DNA of 30,968 bases from a virus (lineage: Duplodnaviria > Caudoviricetes): positions 1 through 30,968 of the IMG/VR virus record IMGVR_UViG_3300025103_000096; one strand, given 5' to 3'. The position numbers and the translations under genes were made by a program. Below the pieces are notes generated by a model. The model had not been told where the DNA came from. It did not search any database and saw nothing but the letters and a program-made list of their open reading frames with translations. Positions 1-9,259 of the stretch are shown here, piece by piece; within the stretch, counting starts at the first letter, position 1; the number at the start of each line of letters is the position of its first letter.

Positions 1-2
1 CT

Positions 3-221
3 TCCGAAACCGTAGAATTACATGCAGCTTGGCGATGGGACTGTCCTGAATGCGGAATAGAGGGCTGGATACGGGGTTTACACCTTGAAAGCGTGCATTT
101 GACCGAGAAGCAGCGGGCTGTGCTCAGAGAAGAGGAGTGGTGGGTCCTGTATCCAGAACTCGTTCGCTGTGAGCATTGCAAGAGTAGTTACCAGGTACAT
201 ATGGGGAAAATGGACACATAG
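3..221 (+). CDS. 5'-truncated small Zn-ribbon-like protein (not in ORF track)
   Basis: Frame is open from the window edge: SETVELHAAWRWDCPECGIEGW...LVRCEHCKSSYQVHMGKMDT*. It has two CxxC pairs. The TAG stop at 219-221 overlaps the GAGGAG RBS of the next gene. Confidence 0.65.
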   Translation, partial: SETVELHAAWRWDCPECGIEGWIRGLHLESVHLTEKQRAVLREEEWWVLYPELVRCEHCKSSYQVHMGKMDT

Positions 222-233
222 AGGAGACGGATC

Positions 234-344
234 ATGCCTAAAGTAGGAAAGAAGAAGTTCGCATATACGGCTAAGGGTAAGACTGCTGCAAAGCGTTACG
301 CCAAGAAGAGTGGTAAGAAGGTCAAGACTCGAAGGAAGTGTTAG
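234..344 (+). CDS. 36-aa highly basic peptide (not in ORF track), putative DNA-binding/core peptide
   Basis: GAGGAG at 221-226, ATG at 234. MPKVGKKKFAYTAKGKTAAKRYAKKSGKKVKTRRKC (16/36 K+R). The TAG stop directly abuts the ATG of the next ORF at 345. Confidence 0.8.
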   Translation: MPKVGKKKFAYTAKGKTAAKRYAKKSGKKVKTRRKC

Positions 345-992
345 ATGACCGCTGTAACCGAACAAGTAGCGGCTAGTGCTGATGATCGTCAGCATACGAC
401 CGAAACCGATATGTCCAGTAGCGTAACTCACAGCCTTGAGAGTGCTAGTGCGACGACGATGAAGTTTGGTTACCAAGCGGTGAATGAGATGGAGATGGCC
501 AGCGGATTTGTCTGGACAAACTATATGCGGTTTACCAGCGTAGCTATTCCACAGGGCGCAACAATAGACGACGCAAAAATACAAATCTACGCTACAGCCC
601 ACAGCAGTGCTGGTAGCAAATCAATTGTGATCGATGGTAACGACGTTGATGATGCGGCTCAGGCATCTAGCGAAGGTGACATTCGATCAGCGACAAAGAC
701 TTCTGCAACAGTAACTTGGACGCTAGGAGGAAGTCCCAGTACAGGGGCTTGGGTCGATTCACCGGAGATAAAGACCATTATCAAAGAGATCGTTGATCGT
801 GGTAGCTGGTCGTCAGGAAATGACATCAATCTTTACTTTCGAGGTCCAGCAACATCCGCTGATTGGAGTTACACATTCAGAACCTACGACCACAGCGGGA
901 ACGCTCACGGGCCAAAGTTAGTATTGAATTATTCAACCAGTTCAGCGGCAAAAATACCAATAACTCTATTTATTAATGGAATGAGTACATAA
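345..992 (+). CDS. Putative virion surface beta-sandwich protein (DNRLRE/carbohydrate-binding-like)
   Basis: Motif pattern RFTSVAIPQGATIDDAKIQI ... W ... SPEIKTIIKEIV ... GPKLVLNYS resembles DNRLRE/CBM96-type domains. Ser/Thr-rich. Coupled to both neighbours (TAGATG, TAATG). Confidence 0.55.
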   Translation: MTAVTEQVAASADDRQHTTETDMSSSVTHSLESASATTMKFGYQAVNEMEMASGFVWTNYMRFTSVAIPQGATIDDAKIQIYATAHSSAGSKSIVIDGNDVDDAAQASSEGDIRSATKTSATVTWTLGGSPSTGAWVDSPEIKTIIKEIVDRGSWSSGNDINLYFRGPATSADWSYTFRTYDHSGNAHGPKLVLNYSTSSAAKIPITLFINGMST

Positions 993-2077
993 TGGCTACA
1001 AGAAACGTATCAATGGTAATTACCTTTGTTGCTTGGGATACAGGCAATAATGTAGGTAAAACGGGTCAAACAGATTCTGAGTTGACATTAAGGTGGGTTA
1101 AGGACGGTACATCTTCTGCCCCAGATAATGACGATGCAATTGGGGAAGTAGACGCTACGAACTGTCCCGGCATATACAAGATAACAATGACTGCCACGGA
1201 AACAGACTGTAATATTGGCACGTTATGTGGTAAAAGCAGTACATCTAATATTGTGGTTTTGCCGATTACAATACAGTTTGAGAGACTTCCAGACGCTGAC
1301 CCTGCGGCTAATGGTGGTCTACCAACGGTTGATGGAAGTAATCATATAAACGGCGTACAAGATACATTAAGCGTGAATGTCACGCAGATAGAAGGTTCTG
1401 ACGCTACTGACCAGATAAATGCTGCTTGTGATGCGGCTATTGAGACTTATGGTCTTGACCATCTTGTATCCGCTTCAGTAGCTGGATCGGACATAGTGGA
1501 TAACTCCATTGTGGCCAAGTTGGTTAGCAAGGAATCCACTGCTGACTGGGATGACTTCGTGAACACGACTGACAGTTTACAGGCACTCAGGGACAGGGGT
1601 GACGCTTCTTGGGTAACTGGTGGAGGAGGCAGTGCAAGTGCTATTGCCGATGCTGTATGGGACGAGGCTACGTCTGGACACACAACTGGTGGTTCGTATG
1701 GTAAGGCATTGTCTGATATTCTTACGGACACAGCAGTTATTGGCTCCGCGGGTGCAGGACTATCGGCTGTACCTTGGAACGCTGCTTGGGATGCTGAAGT
1801 ACAGAGTGAATGTACTGACGCACTGAACGCCTATGACCCACCGACCAAGGCTGAGATGGATGCCCTGTGGACAACGGATATTGCTGAAGCCTATGCAGGA
1901 GCAAGTGAAACTGCCTGCACACCAGCCGAGCTTCTTTACATGATCCTGAGTTGTGTTGGCAGCTATTCAATAAGCGGCGATAAGATTACCACCCTCAAGT
2001 TAGATGAATCTACACAGGCAATGCGGTTCGACATGGACGATGCAACTAATCCAACCTATCGTAAGCGAGATGCTTAA
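992..2077 (+). CDS. Putative virion accessory/fibre-like protein with N-terminal Ig-like domain
   Basis: The N-terminal ~95 aa share FV-x-D, KDG and GxYxITxTATE motifs with ORFs 2077 and 10329. The middle region is acidic and Ala/Asp-rich (IADAVWDEATSGH). TAATG overlaps at both ends. Confidence 0.55.
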   Translation: MATRNVSMVITFVAWDTGNNVGKTGQTDSELTLRWVKDGTSSAPDNDDAIGEVDATNCPGIYKITMTATETDCNIGTLCGKSSTSNIVVLPITIQFERLPDADPAANGGLPTVDGSNHINGVQDTLSVNVTQIEGSDATDQINAACDAAIETYGLDHLVSASVAGSDIVDNSIVAKLVSKESTADWDDFVNTTDSLQALRDRGDASWVTGGGGSASAIADAVWDEATSGHTTGGSYGKALSDILTDTAVIGSAGAGLSAVPWNAAWDAEVQSECTDALNAYDPPTKAEMDALWTTDIAEAYAGASETACTPAELLYMILSCVGSYSISGDKITTLKLDESTQAMRFDMDDATNPTYRKRDA

Positions 2078-2487
2078 TGCCGATTAAAGACTTAATAGGT
2101 CCAGCGTTTGTTGGTACGGGTACAGTTAAATACATTGTCACTCGTGGTCTAGCAACGGCAGATTATGTGATACCTGTCATAGCGGAGGTCAATACGCTAA
2201 TGGGTGATGTGACCGATGAGGTGTACAGGCAGGGTGTAGCCATTACAGGTTTCACCTTTGTGCTCATCAATAAGTCTACTGGTGCGGCTATTACCAGCGG
2301 CAGTGTGACATGTAAGGTTATCAAGGATGGTGGATCACAATCTACAAGTACTAACAGTGCGGCTCACGAGGGTAATGGTCAATGGTCAATAACACTAACG
2401 GCAACGGAGATGGATGCAGAGCAGGTCGGGTTAGCGATTACCCACTCCACTGCATTGCCGTTATACAAGACGTTTAGGACGGTGTAA
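2077..2487 (+). CDS. Small putative virion protein consisting mostly of the shared Ig-like domain
   Basis: The C-terminal ~85 aa align by eye at about half identity with the N-terminus of the ORF at 10329. TAATG coupling. Confidence 0.65.
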   Translation: MPIKDLIGPAFVGTGTVKYIVTRGLATADYVIPVIAEVNTLMGDVTDEVYRQGVAITGFTFVLINKSTGAAITSGSVTCKVIKDGGSQSTSTNSAAHEGNGQWSITLTATEMDAEQVGLAITHSTALPLYKTFRTV

Positions 2488-3134
2488 TGTTCCCAATAAA
2501 GCCTAAGAAATCAAGACCACGTAAACCATCGGCACGAGAGTTGTTTATAGAGCGTGCCAAGCGTGAGGGGCGTATAGAGGAGTACACCCGCAGATACAAG
2601 GAGAATAAGGCTGATCCTCGTTACACGTGGCGTGAGGCGGCTCAGAAGGCTATGGACGACATGGGGTTTATCTCCATTGAGTTAGAGCGAGAGATGCACG
2701 AACGGTTCATGCGGTTTGGTAATGCGGGGATACCGGAGCAGTTAGTTGCTGCTCAGGAACAGATACAACAGGGGGAACTGATAAATACACTAGGTGAGTT
2801 TGACATTAACGAGTCAGAGTTACCAGTGGATATTGCCTTTGTGTTCCATAACTTACATAAGGCTATAGGAGAGCAGTCACAGTGGAAGGTTACACCGGGT
2901 GAGGCTCCCTCTCCTGGTGCATGGAACATGCTTATATGGGCATCGGAGAACCAGACTAAGTTCTTCGATAAGGTGCTTGGTGACAAGCTAAAGCAGGGAA
3001 CTAAGGGTGAAGAGCAGGGGATGCGCGACACAGGAGAAAGTATTGAACAGATAGAGCAAATGCTCGGACAACTTTCGGAGGTGTCAAATGAAAAAGATGT
3101 ATTACAGAATGGGGACGCTATTCTTCACAGTTAG
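2487..3134 (+). CDS. Candidate terminase small subunit
   Basis: 215 aa, basic helical N-terminus, located upstream of terL. The call rests on synteny only. Confidence 0.45.
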   Translation: MFPIKPKKSRPRKPSARELFIERAKREGRIEEYTRRYKENKADPRYTWREAAQKAMDDMGFISIELEREMHERFMRFGNAGIPEQLVAAQEQIQQGELINTLGEFDINESELPVDIAFVFHNLHKAIGEQSQWKVTPGEAPSPGAWNMLIWASENQTKFFDKVLGDKLKQGTKGEEQGMRDTGESIEQIEQMLGQLSEVSNEKDVLQNGDAILHS

Positions 3135-3240
3135 CACAGTTTATGTCTGTGCTCTTATTTGGAAGACGTATGTATGGTGGCAGTGGTTACAGTCATTGCA
3201 GAATATACTAGATGTGAATAACGAAGGAATCATGCTTTGA
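3088..3240 (+). CDS. 50-aa single-pass membrane micro-protein (not in ORF track)
   Basis: GGAGGT at 3077-3082, ATG at 3088. MKKMYYRMGTLFFTVSTVYVCALIWKTYVWWQWLQSLQNILDVNNEGIML*. The TGA overlaps the TTG start of terL (TTGA). Confidence 0.6.
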   Translation: MKKMYYRMGTLFFTVSTVYVCALIWKTYVWWQWLQSLQNILDVNNEGIML

Positions 3241-5069
3241 GTCTATATGACCAAGTGCCAAAGACGCTTAAGGAGAACCTTGAGTATCGTATGGAATTGT
3301 TGAAATGGGCTGATACCCCAGAGCGACAACGTACTCTTTGGACTGCTTGTAAGCATGACATATTGTTTTTTATCAATGCGTTTTGCTGGTTATATGAACC
3401 TAGAAACAACCGACTGCGTGGCACATCTAGCAATGTGATCCCGTTTATAACCTATGGCTTTCAGGACGAGGCGTTCCTGACGATGCACGAGGGTTTAGGG
3501 GATGACGATATAGGGCTAGAGAAGTCTCGTGACCTTGGTGCTACGTGGATGTTTCTTACTTTGTTCTTTCATCACTGGATGTTTGATGACTTCTCCAGCT
3601 TTGGGATTATGTCTCGTACTGCTGATCTTGTGGATAAGCCAGGGAAGAAGGATACATTGATGTGGAAGCTGGACTTCTTGCTACATGGTGACGGTGGTAA
3701 GGGTGGATTGCCTAAGTGGATGCGTCCTAAGAACGTGTACCGCAGTAATATGCTGATGGAGAATCGGGATAATGGTGCTACGTTTGAGGGTGCCTCTACG
3801 ACGGAAGACGCTTTCCGTGGTGGTCGTAAGAAGGCTATAGCGATAGATGAATACGCTGCTTTCCCCAATGGTGACGACTATAGAGCACTAGCGGCTACAC
3901 AGCACGCTACAGACTGTAGGCTCTTTGTATCCACGCCTAAAGGTGCCTCTGGTGCTTACTACGACGTGATGCACACACCGAGTAACATGAAGAAGATTAT
4001 CTTGGACTGGAAAGACCATCCTGACAGGGGTGTGGGCTTATATACCAGTAAGGACGGAATACTGAAGATACTTGATGAGGAGTACCGTTTTCCTGCTTCA
4101 TATAAGCATGTACTCGATGGGATAGTACGTAGCCCGTACTACGATCAGGAGTGTTCACGACCTGGTGCAACACCACAAACTATCGCTCAGGAACTAGATA
4201 GGGACTACGGTGGATCGGAGTATCAGATATTTGGGAAAGAGTTATACGAGTGTGGTAAGGAAAATATTCTTAATCCTTACCAAAAAGGTATACTTTTTTA
4301 TGATGAAGAAACCCTAGAACCTGACTATAATGAAACAGAAGATGGGCCATTTGAAATCTGGTGCCATCGGGACTCTAGAGGGATTCCTGTTAATTCAGGG
4401 CAATACGTCATAGGCTGTGACATTAGTGCAGGTCTTGGTGGTGACTACACGAGTAACTCCGTAATGTTTGTTATGGATACAGTTACTGGGCAGCAGGTTG
4501 GCGAGTTTGCGACGAACACGGTGCGACCGGAAGCGTTTGCAGACATGTCTATTGCAGCGAGTAAATGGTTCAATAACGCCTATCTAATCTGGGAAATGAA
4601 TGGACCACCAGGTGGTGCTTTCACGAAACAGATACTCGAACGTAAATATCCCTATATCTACTATCGAGAAATTGAGAACAAGACATACCGCAAGAAGACT
4701 CGGAACCCTGGATGGTTCAGTACAGACAAGAACAAACTTGCTGTACTCAGTCAGATGGCGGCGGCAATCAAGTCAGGTGAATACTGTGTACGCAGTAGCA
4801 AGCTGTTAAATGAGTGTCGTCAGTATGTTTACCGTAATGGTAAAGTTGTTCACTCCCGATCCGTTAGGACAATGGATGACAGTGCTAAGGGACAGGCACA
4901 TGGTGACCGTGTTATCGCAGCAGCGATTGCATGGCACGCTGGTAAGGATCGTCCGGCAGTAAGTAAAGAGGACAGGGAAGACTATGAGGAAAACATTCCT
5001 TATGGTTGCATGGCGTGGAGATTTAAGGAACACGAGAGACGTAAGACAGCCCTGAAAGATGGATGGTAA
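3237..5069 (+). CDS. terL: Terminase large subunit
   Basis: Walker A-like EKSRDLGATW, Walker B AIAIDEY, coupling motif FVSTP, and RNase H-type nuclease residues IGCDIS, IWEMN, HGDRVIA. TTG start preceded by GAAGGA. Confidence 0.93.
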   Translation: MSLYDQVPKTLKENLEYRMELLKWADTPERQRTLWTACKHDILFFINAFCWLYEPRNNRLRGTSSNVIPFITYGFQDEAFLTMHEGLGDDDIGLEKSRDLGATWMFLTLFFHHWMFDDFSSFGIMSRTADLVDKPGKKDTLMWKLDFLLHGDGGKGGLPKWMRPKNVYRSNMLMENRDNGATFEGASTTEDAFRGGRKKAIAIDEYAAFPNGDDYRALAATQHATDCRLFVSTPKGASGAYYDVMHTPSNMKKIILDWKDHPDRGVGLYTSKDGILKILDEEYRFPASYKHVLDGIVRSPYYDQECSRPGATPQTIAQELDRDYGGSEYQIFGKELYECGKENILNPYQKGILFYDEETLEPDYNETEDGPFEIWCHRDSRGIPVNSGQYVIGCDISAGLGGDYTSNSVMFVMDTVTGQQVGEFATNTVRPEAFADMSIAASKWFNNAYLIWEMNGPPGGAFTKQILERKYPYIYYREIENKTYRKKTRNPGWFSTDKNKLAVLSQMAAAIKSGEYCVRSSKLLNECRQYVYRNGKVVHSRSVRTMDDSAKGQAHGDRVIAAAIAWHAGKDRPAVSKEDREDYEENIPYGCMAWRFKEHERRKTALKDGW

Positions 5070-6857
5070 ATGGACCCTAGTAGCCAACTACATCGTGCTC
5101 GCCTCCTCAAAGCGATAGAAAACTCTACACGAGTTCTTCGACCGTTTCGGGAAGTGCGTAAGAAATTAGTCAAGGACTTTGTGGGTTCCATGTATGGTTC
5201 TTCAGGTGATTCAGGTCGTCAAGACATCATTATGAACTTGATGTACCAGACGGCTGAAACGTATACGATGTCCTTAGCAGCAAACCGACCTCGTGTGTTA
5301 GTGACAGCCCAGCACACAGATGTAACATGGTTTGCTCATTCGTTCCAATTGGGGATTAATAACTTAATCAAAGAGATTCGGTTAGAAGATACATTGCGTA
5401 AGGCAGTGATGGATTCATTCTTCTCAATGGGTATCGTGAAGGTATATACGGCTGACGCTGGTTTGGTTGAGCTTGAGGGTGAAGACGCATGGGTAGACCC
5501 TGGCAAGCCATTCGCAGAGAACATTAGCCTTGATGACTTCTGTTATGACACAACTGCTTCTGAGTGGCGCAAGTCGTCGTTTGCACTAAACAAGTACCGT
5601 ATCAGCAGAGAGAAGGTTCTCAATGATGGTGCTTACAACAAGAAGGTTGCAGAGGAACTGGACGTTGTAAGTCAGTATCCGGGATGGAATGCTGATTCTG
5701 GTGAAGTGCCGATCCGTGAGATGCTCAAGAGCGAGACGCAAGAAGCTGGCATAGAACCCATGATTGATCTGATGGATGTGTGGCTTCCTAAAGACAAGTT
5801 GGTGGTGACGTTACCAGTTGGTAAGAATACAGAGCCATTGCGTGTGGTCGAATGGGAAGGGCCGGAGAATGGTCCATTCCATACACTGAGCCTTACGTGT
5901 GAAGTGCCTGATAACATCATGCCTGTGTCCCCTGCAATGAACTTGAAGCCATTGCATGACCTTATCAATGGGTTGCTACGCAAACAACGACGACAGGCAC
6001 AGAGACAAAAAGACATACCGTTTTACCAAGCAGGTCATCAAGACGATGCACGTCGTATTGAGAAGGCTAGTGATGGTGAATGGACACGGGTTGATAATCC
6101 TGACAGTGTGAATGTGATGAAGATGGGTGGCGTTGATCCACAGAATCAAGCCTTTTCTCATTCCATGAAAGACACGTATGACCGTATGGCTGGCAACCTG
6201 CAAATGATGGCAGGACTAGGGCCACAGTCGGACACACTAGGTCAGGACAAACTAATCCACGGTGCTGTGACCAAGCGTGAAGCGAACATGCAATATCGTG
6301 TGGTCGATTTCACTAGCAGGATTTGCAGAGATTTAGGTTCATTATTGTGGCATGACCAAGTACTTGAGATACCTCAAGACTTTGAAACGTCTGGCATCAA
6401 GGTGCGGGCTGATTGGACTCCTGAAGTCCGAGAAGGCGACTTCATTGATTACAACTTTGAGATTGAACCGTTCTCGATGATGTACAAGTCACCTTCAGAA
6501 CGAATGCAGGGAATCTCAAGTTTTGTTACTCAGATTGCACTTCCAATGGAAGGCATGATGCAACAGTACGGTGGAACGATAGACATTCAAGAACTCGTTG
6601 AGATGTACGCAGAGTTGATGGATATGCCACGATTGAAACAGATCGTGAAGTTTGAAGAACCAAAAGAAGACCGACCAGGACCTACGCCACAGCAGCCAGC
6701 TAAAGCAAGTCATACTGTGCGGGAATCGGTTCGGAGGAGTGTACCCACAGGTGGTACTGCTGAATCACGAAGTAATGTGATGCAACAGGTTCTGCAAGGT
6801 GGACAACCAAATCAACAGCAGATGAACCAGATGGGTCGGGAGCAAGCAGTTGGGTAA
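5070..6857 (+). CDS. Portal protein (podovirus/P22-like)
   Basis: 595 aa directly after terL. Helical N-terminus, MGIVKV motif, Q-rich C-terminal tail typical of podoviral portals. Confidence 0.82.
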   Translation: MDPSSQLHRARLLKAIENSTRVLRPFREVRKKLVKDFVGSMYGSSGDSGRQDIIMNLMYQTAETYTMSLAANRPRVLVTAQHTDVTWFAHSFQLGINNLIKEIRLEDTLRKAVMDSFFSMGIVKVYTADAGLVELEGEDAWVDPGKPFAENISLDDFCYDTTASEWRKSSFALNKYRISREKVLNDGAYNKKVAEELDVVSQYPGWNADSGEVPIREMLKSETQEAGIEPMIDLMDVWLPKDKLVVTLPVGKNTEPLRVVEWEGPENGPFHTLSLTCEVPDNIMPVSPAMNLKPLHDLINGLLRKQRRQAQRQKDIPFYQAGHQDDARRIEKASDGEWTRVDNPDSVNVMKMGGVDPQNQAFSHSMKDTYDRMAGNLQMMAGLGPQSDTLGQDKLIHGAVTKREANMQYRVVDFTSRICRDLGSLLWHDQVLEIPQDFETSGIKVRADWTPEVREGDFIDYNFEIEPFSMMYKSPSERMQGISSFVTQIALPMEGMMQQYGGTIDIQELVEMYAELMDMPRLKQIVKFEEPKEDRPGPTPQQPAKASHTVRESVRRSVPTGGTAESRSNVMQQVLQGGQPNQQQMNQMGREQAVG

Positions 6858-7170
6858 TCAATTTTTATGGAAAGACCCTGACGGTGTAAACCGTTGGCAT
6901 GACCACAAACAACCTGCCAAGGAGTATCCGGCTGGTGCAGCAAAAGACAAGAGATGTGGCTCTAACGGCTGGGCTACAGGCCTTAAAAGCCTAGGTGCTG
7001 GAGTTCACTTCTCACAAGTTAAAGAGTTTCGTGAAGATGCGAAACAGAGTGGGTTCACAGGAGTAGAGTTCTCTAATGATGGTGAATGCGTATTCACTAG
7101 TCGAGGGGAACGAGCACGTTACCTGAAACATCGAGGATTAGTCGATAGGGACGGGGGATATGGAGACTAG
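6850..7170 (+). CDS. Hypothetical protein between portal and scaffold
   Basis: TTG start overlapping the portal end with GGGAG upstream. Fills the gap exactly. C-terminal FTSRGERARYLKHRGL. Confidence 0.65.
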   Translation: MGNQFLWKDPDGVNRWHDHKQPAKEYPAGAAKDKRCGSNGWATGLKSLGAGVHFSQVKEFREDAKQSGFTGVEFSNDGECVFTSRGERARYLKHRGLVDRDGGYGD

Positions 7171-7172
7171 AC

Positions 7173-8159
7173 ATGGCTGAAGAAATAAAAGAAATAGAAC
7201 CGGATGAGGAGGTGACTTTATCTGAAGGGGACTTGGAGGTTATTGATTCCTTGGAGAACGACACAGAGTCGGAACCAGGGGTCAGTATCGAAGAAGAATC
7301 AACTGATACTGCCGAAGTTGAAGCAGTGTCAGAAGAAGACAATAGTGTTGAAGATTCCACTGTTGATGACGGTCAGACGTTTAATCCTGACCTAATATCT
7401 CGTGCCCAACAATATGGACTTGATCCGTCCGATTTTGGAACCGAGAAGTCACTGTCGTATGTAGTCAATCAATTTGACCAAGGGAATGCACAACTCTCCC
7501 AATGGAACAATTGGTATCAAGGCCAACAGCAACAGGGTGGCACCGAGGAACAACTACCTCAACAACCTCAGTTCTCTATAGAACTGGGTGATGATTACGA
7601 TGACGGCTTAAAGGCTGCGATCAACGCAATGGCTGCAAACATGCAATCCCATTACGATGGTCAATTGAATTTAGTCGCTCAGAGTATTCTCGACCAGCAA
7701 CAATTTGTGAACTATGCCCAACAGCAACAGTCACAAGAATACGCTGCTGGTGAATTGGAGCAGTTCAACACTGCTATTACTAACTTATCGAATGAAAACT
7801 TGTTTGGTTCGAGTGCTTATCAGGATTTGAAAGCTGGGTCACCTGAAGCTAAGAACATGGAATCTGTTTATGAGCAGATGACTGTTTTGGCTAATGGATA
7901 CCGGAGTTCAGGTCGAGGAATGCCAGCAATGGATGACCTTGTTAAGCAGGCGTATCACTCAGTTTTTGCTGATGAAATTGGAAACCAAGACCGACAAAGC
8001 CGAAATAATCGACTGCGTTCTAACAGTAAACGTCGTTTAGGTGGGGGAGTTTCTCCTTCATCTGATGCACGACCTATCGACGACATCAACGATGCCGTTA
8101 ATAGCAATGTGCTCAAAGACTTTTATGATAGTGCGATGATCGAAAATGGAAGTAAGTAG
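7173..8159 (+). CDS. Capsid scaffolding protein
   Basis: Very acidic N-terminus, Gln-rich helical middle, basic C-terminal patch. Immediately upstream of the capsid gene. GGAG RBS. Confidence 0.7.
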   Translation: MAEEIKEIEPDEEVTLSEGDLEVIDSLENDTESEPGVSIEEESTDTAEVEAVSEEDNSVEDSTVDDGQTFNPDLISRAQQYGLDPSDFGTEKSLSYVVNQFDQGNAQLSQWNNWYQGQQQQGGTEEQLPQQPQFSIELGDDYDDGLKAAINAMAANMQSHYDGQLNLVAQSILDQQQFVNYAQQQQSQEYAAGELEQFNTAITNLSNENLFGSSAYQDLKAGSPEAKNMESVYEQMTVLANGYRSSGRGMPAMDDLVKQAYHSVFADEIGNQDRQSRNNRLRSNSKRRLGGGVSPSSDARPIDDINDAVNSNVLKDFYDSAMIENGSK

Positions 8160-8184
8160 GTCTGCTAAATAGGAGGGCATAAAC

Positions 8185-9240
8185 ATGCCTTTGTTACCAG
8201 ATCAGCTAGACGATTTTACTACCTTGACTCTTGATAACTTCAAGAAAAAGTCATGGGTGGATTTGAGTCTAGATAATCAACACCATTGCTTCGCAGCTAA
8301 GTTCCTTAGCGGCAAGGCACGTACTCCCTACCAAGGTGGAGCACACCTTAATTGGAAAGTACAGACGACTAACACCGGAACTGCAAAGTTCTCGGAGTTA
8401 TACAGCGTTGACGCTACAGCAGTCAAAGATTTAATGACGACTGCTAAAGTGCCATTTACCAAAGCGACCGTTAATTTCAGTTATGACGTGGACGAGCAGA
8501 GCTTCCAATCTGACCGTGAAACGATCATCCGAGAAATCGACATCCGTCGTCACTCGGCGTTCAACGATTACTTTGAATTGATGGAATCGGCTTTATGGTC
8601 GTCTCCAGCAAGTGATAGCGAAAGCCCACGTACTCCATTAGGTATTCCCTTCTGGATTCAGAAGTCAACAACGACTCCTGGTGGTGGCTTCACTGGCGGT
8701 GATCCTTCTGGACACTCTAGTGGTGCAGCTAATATCAATGTCGCTGATGTACCTAACTGGAAGAACTGGAGTGGTAATTACACATCTGTTTCTCGTGATG
8801 ACCTCATTGCGAAGATGCGTAAAGCTATTGCTCATACTTATTTCCAAGCACCGAAGCAATTCGCTGAACTTGGCAATGGTAAAGGTGATTCCGACTGGGC
8901 TTTCTACACCACTTATAGTGTCGTAGAAGACATGGAGAAATTGCTTGAATCTCGTAATGACAACCTTGGTGTTGATCTTGCGAAGTATGCAGGCAGTGTA
9001 GTCGTTAAGGGTAATCCAGTTGTCTGGGTTCCTTATCTTGACAGTAATGACAGTTCAAACCCAATTTATGGTGTGAATCACAAAGTGCTTCAATATCACT
9101 ACAAGACGGGCAAGGACATGCTATGGCACCCACCGCAAAAAGCGGCACGCCAACATACCACAAGAGAAGTCCATATGGATTCTTGGGGTCAGTTCATCTG
9201 TCTAAACCGCCGTCGTTTATTCGTACTTTACGTGGCCTAA
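8185..9240 (+). CDS. Major capsid protein (HK97 fold expected)
   Basis: 351 aa, strong AGGAGG RBS, canonical position after portal and scaffold. C-terminal GQFICLNRRR pattern resembles podoviral coat proteins. Confidence 0.82.
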   Translation: MPLLPDQLDDFTTLTLDNFKKKSWVDLSLDNQHHCFAAKFLSGKARTPYQGGAHLNWKVQTTNTGTAKFSELYSVDATAVKDLMTTAKVPFTKATVNFSYDVDEQSFQSDRETIIREIDIRRHSAFNDYFELMESALWSSPASDSESPRTPLGIPFWIQKSTTTPGGGFTGGDPSGHSSGAANINVADVPNWKNWSGNYTSVSRDDLIAKMRKAIAHTYFQAPKQFAELGNGKGDSDWAFYTTYSVVEDMEKLLESRNDNLGVDLAKYAGSVVVKGNPVVWVPYLDSNDSSNPIYGVNHKVLQYHYKTGKDMLWHPPQKAARQHTTREVHMDSWGQFICLNRRRLFVLYVA

Positions 9241-9259
9241 TTAGAAAGGATTTAGTATT

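Noticed and set aside
78-602. 174-aa minus-strand ORF and the many other antisense/alternate-frame ORFs in the track
   Set aside because: They shadow well-supported, tightly coupled + strand genes and lack recognisable motifs.
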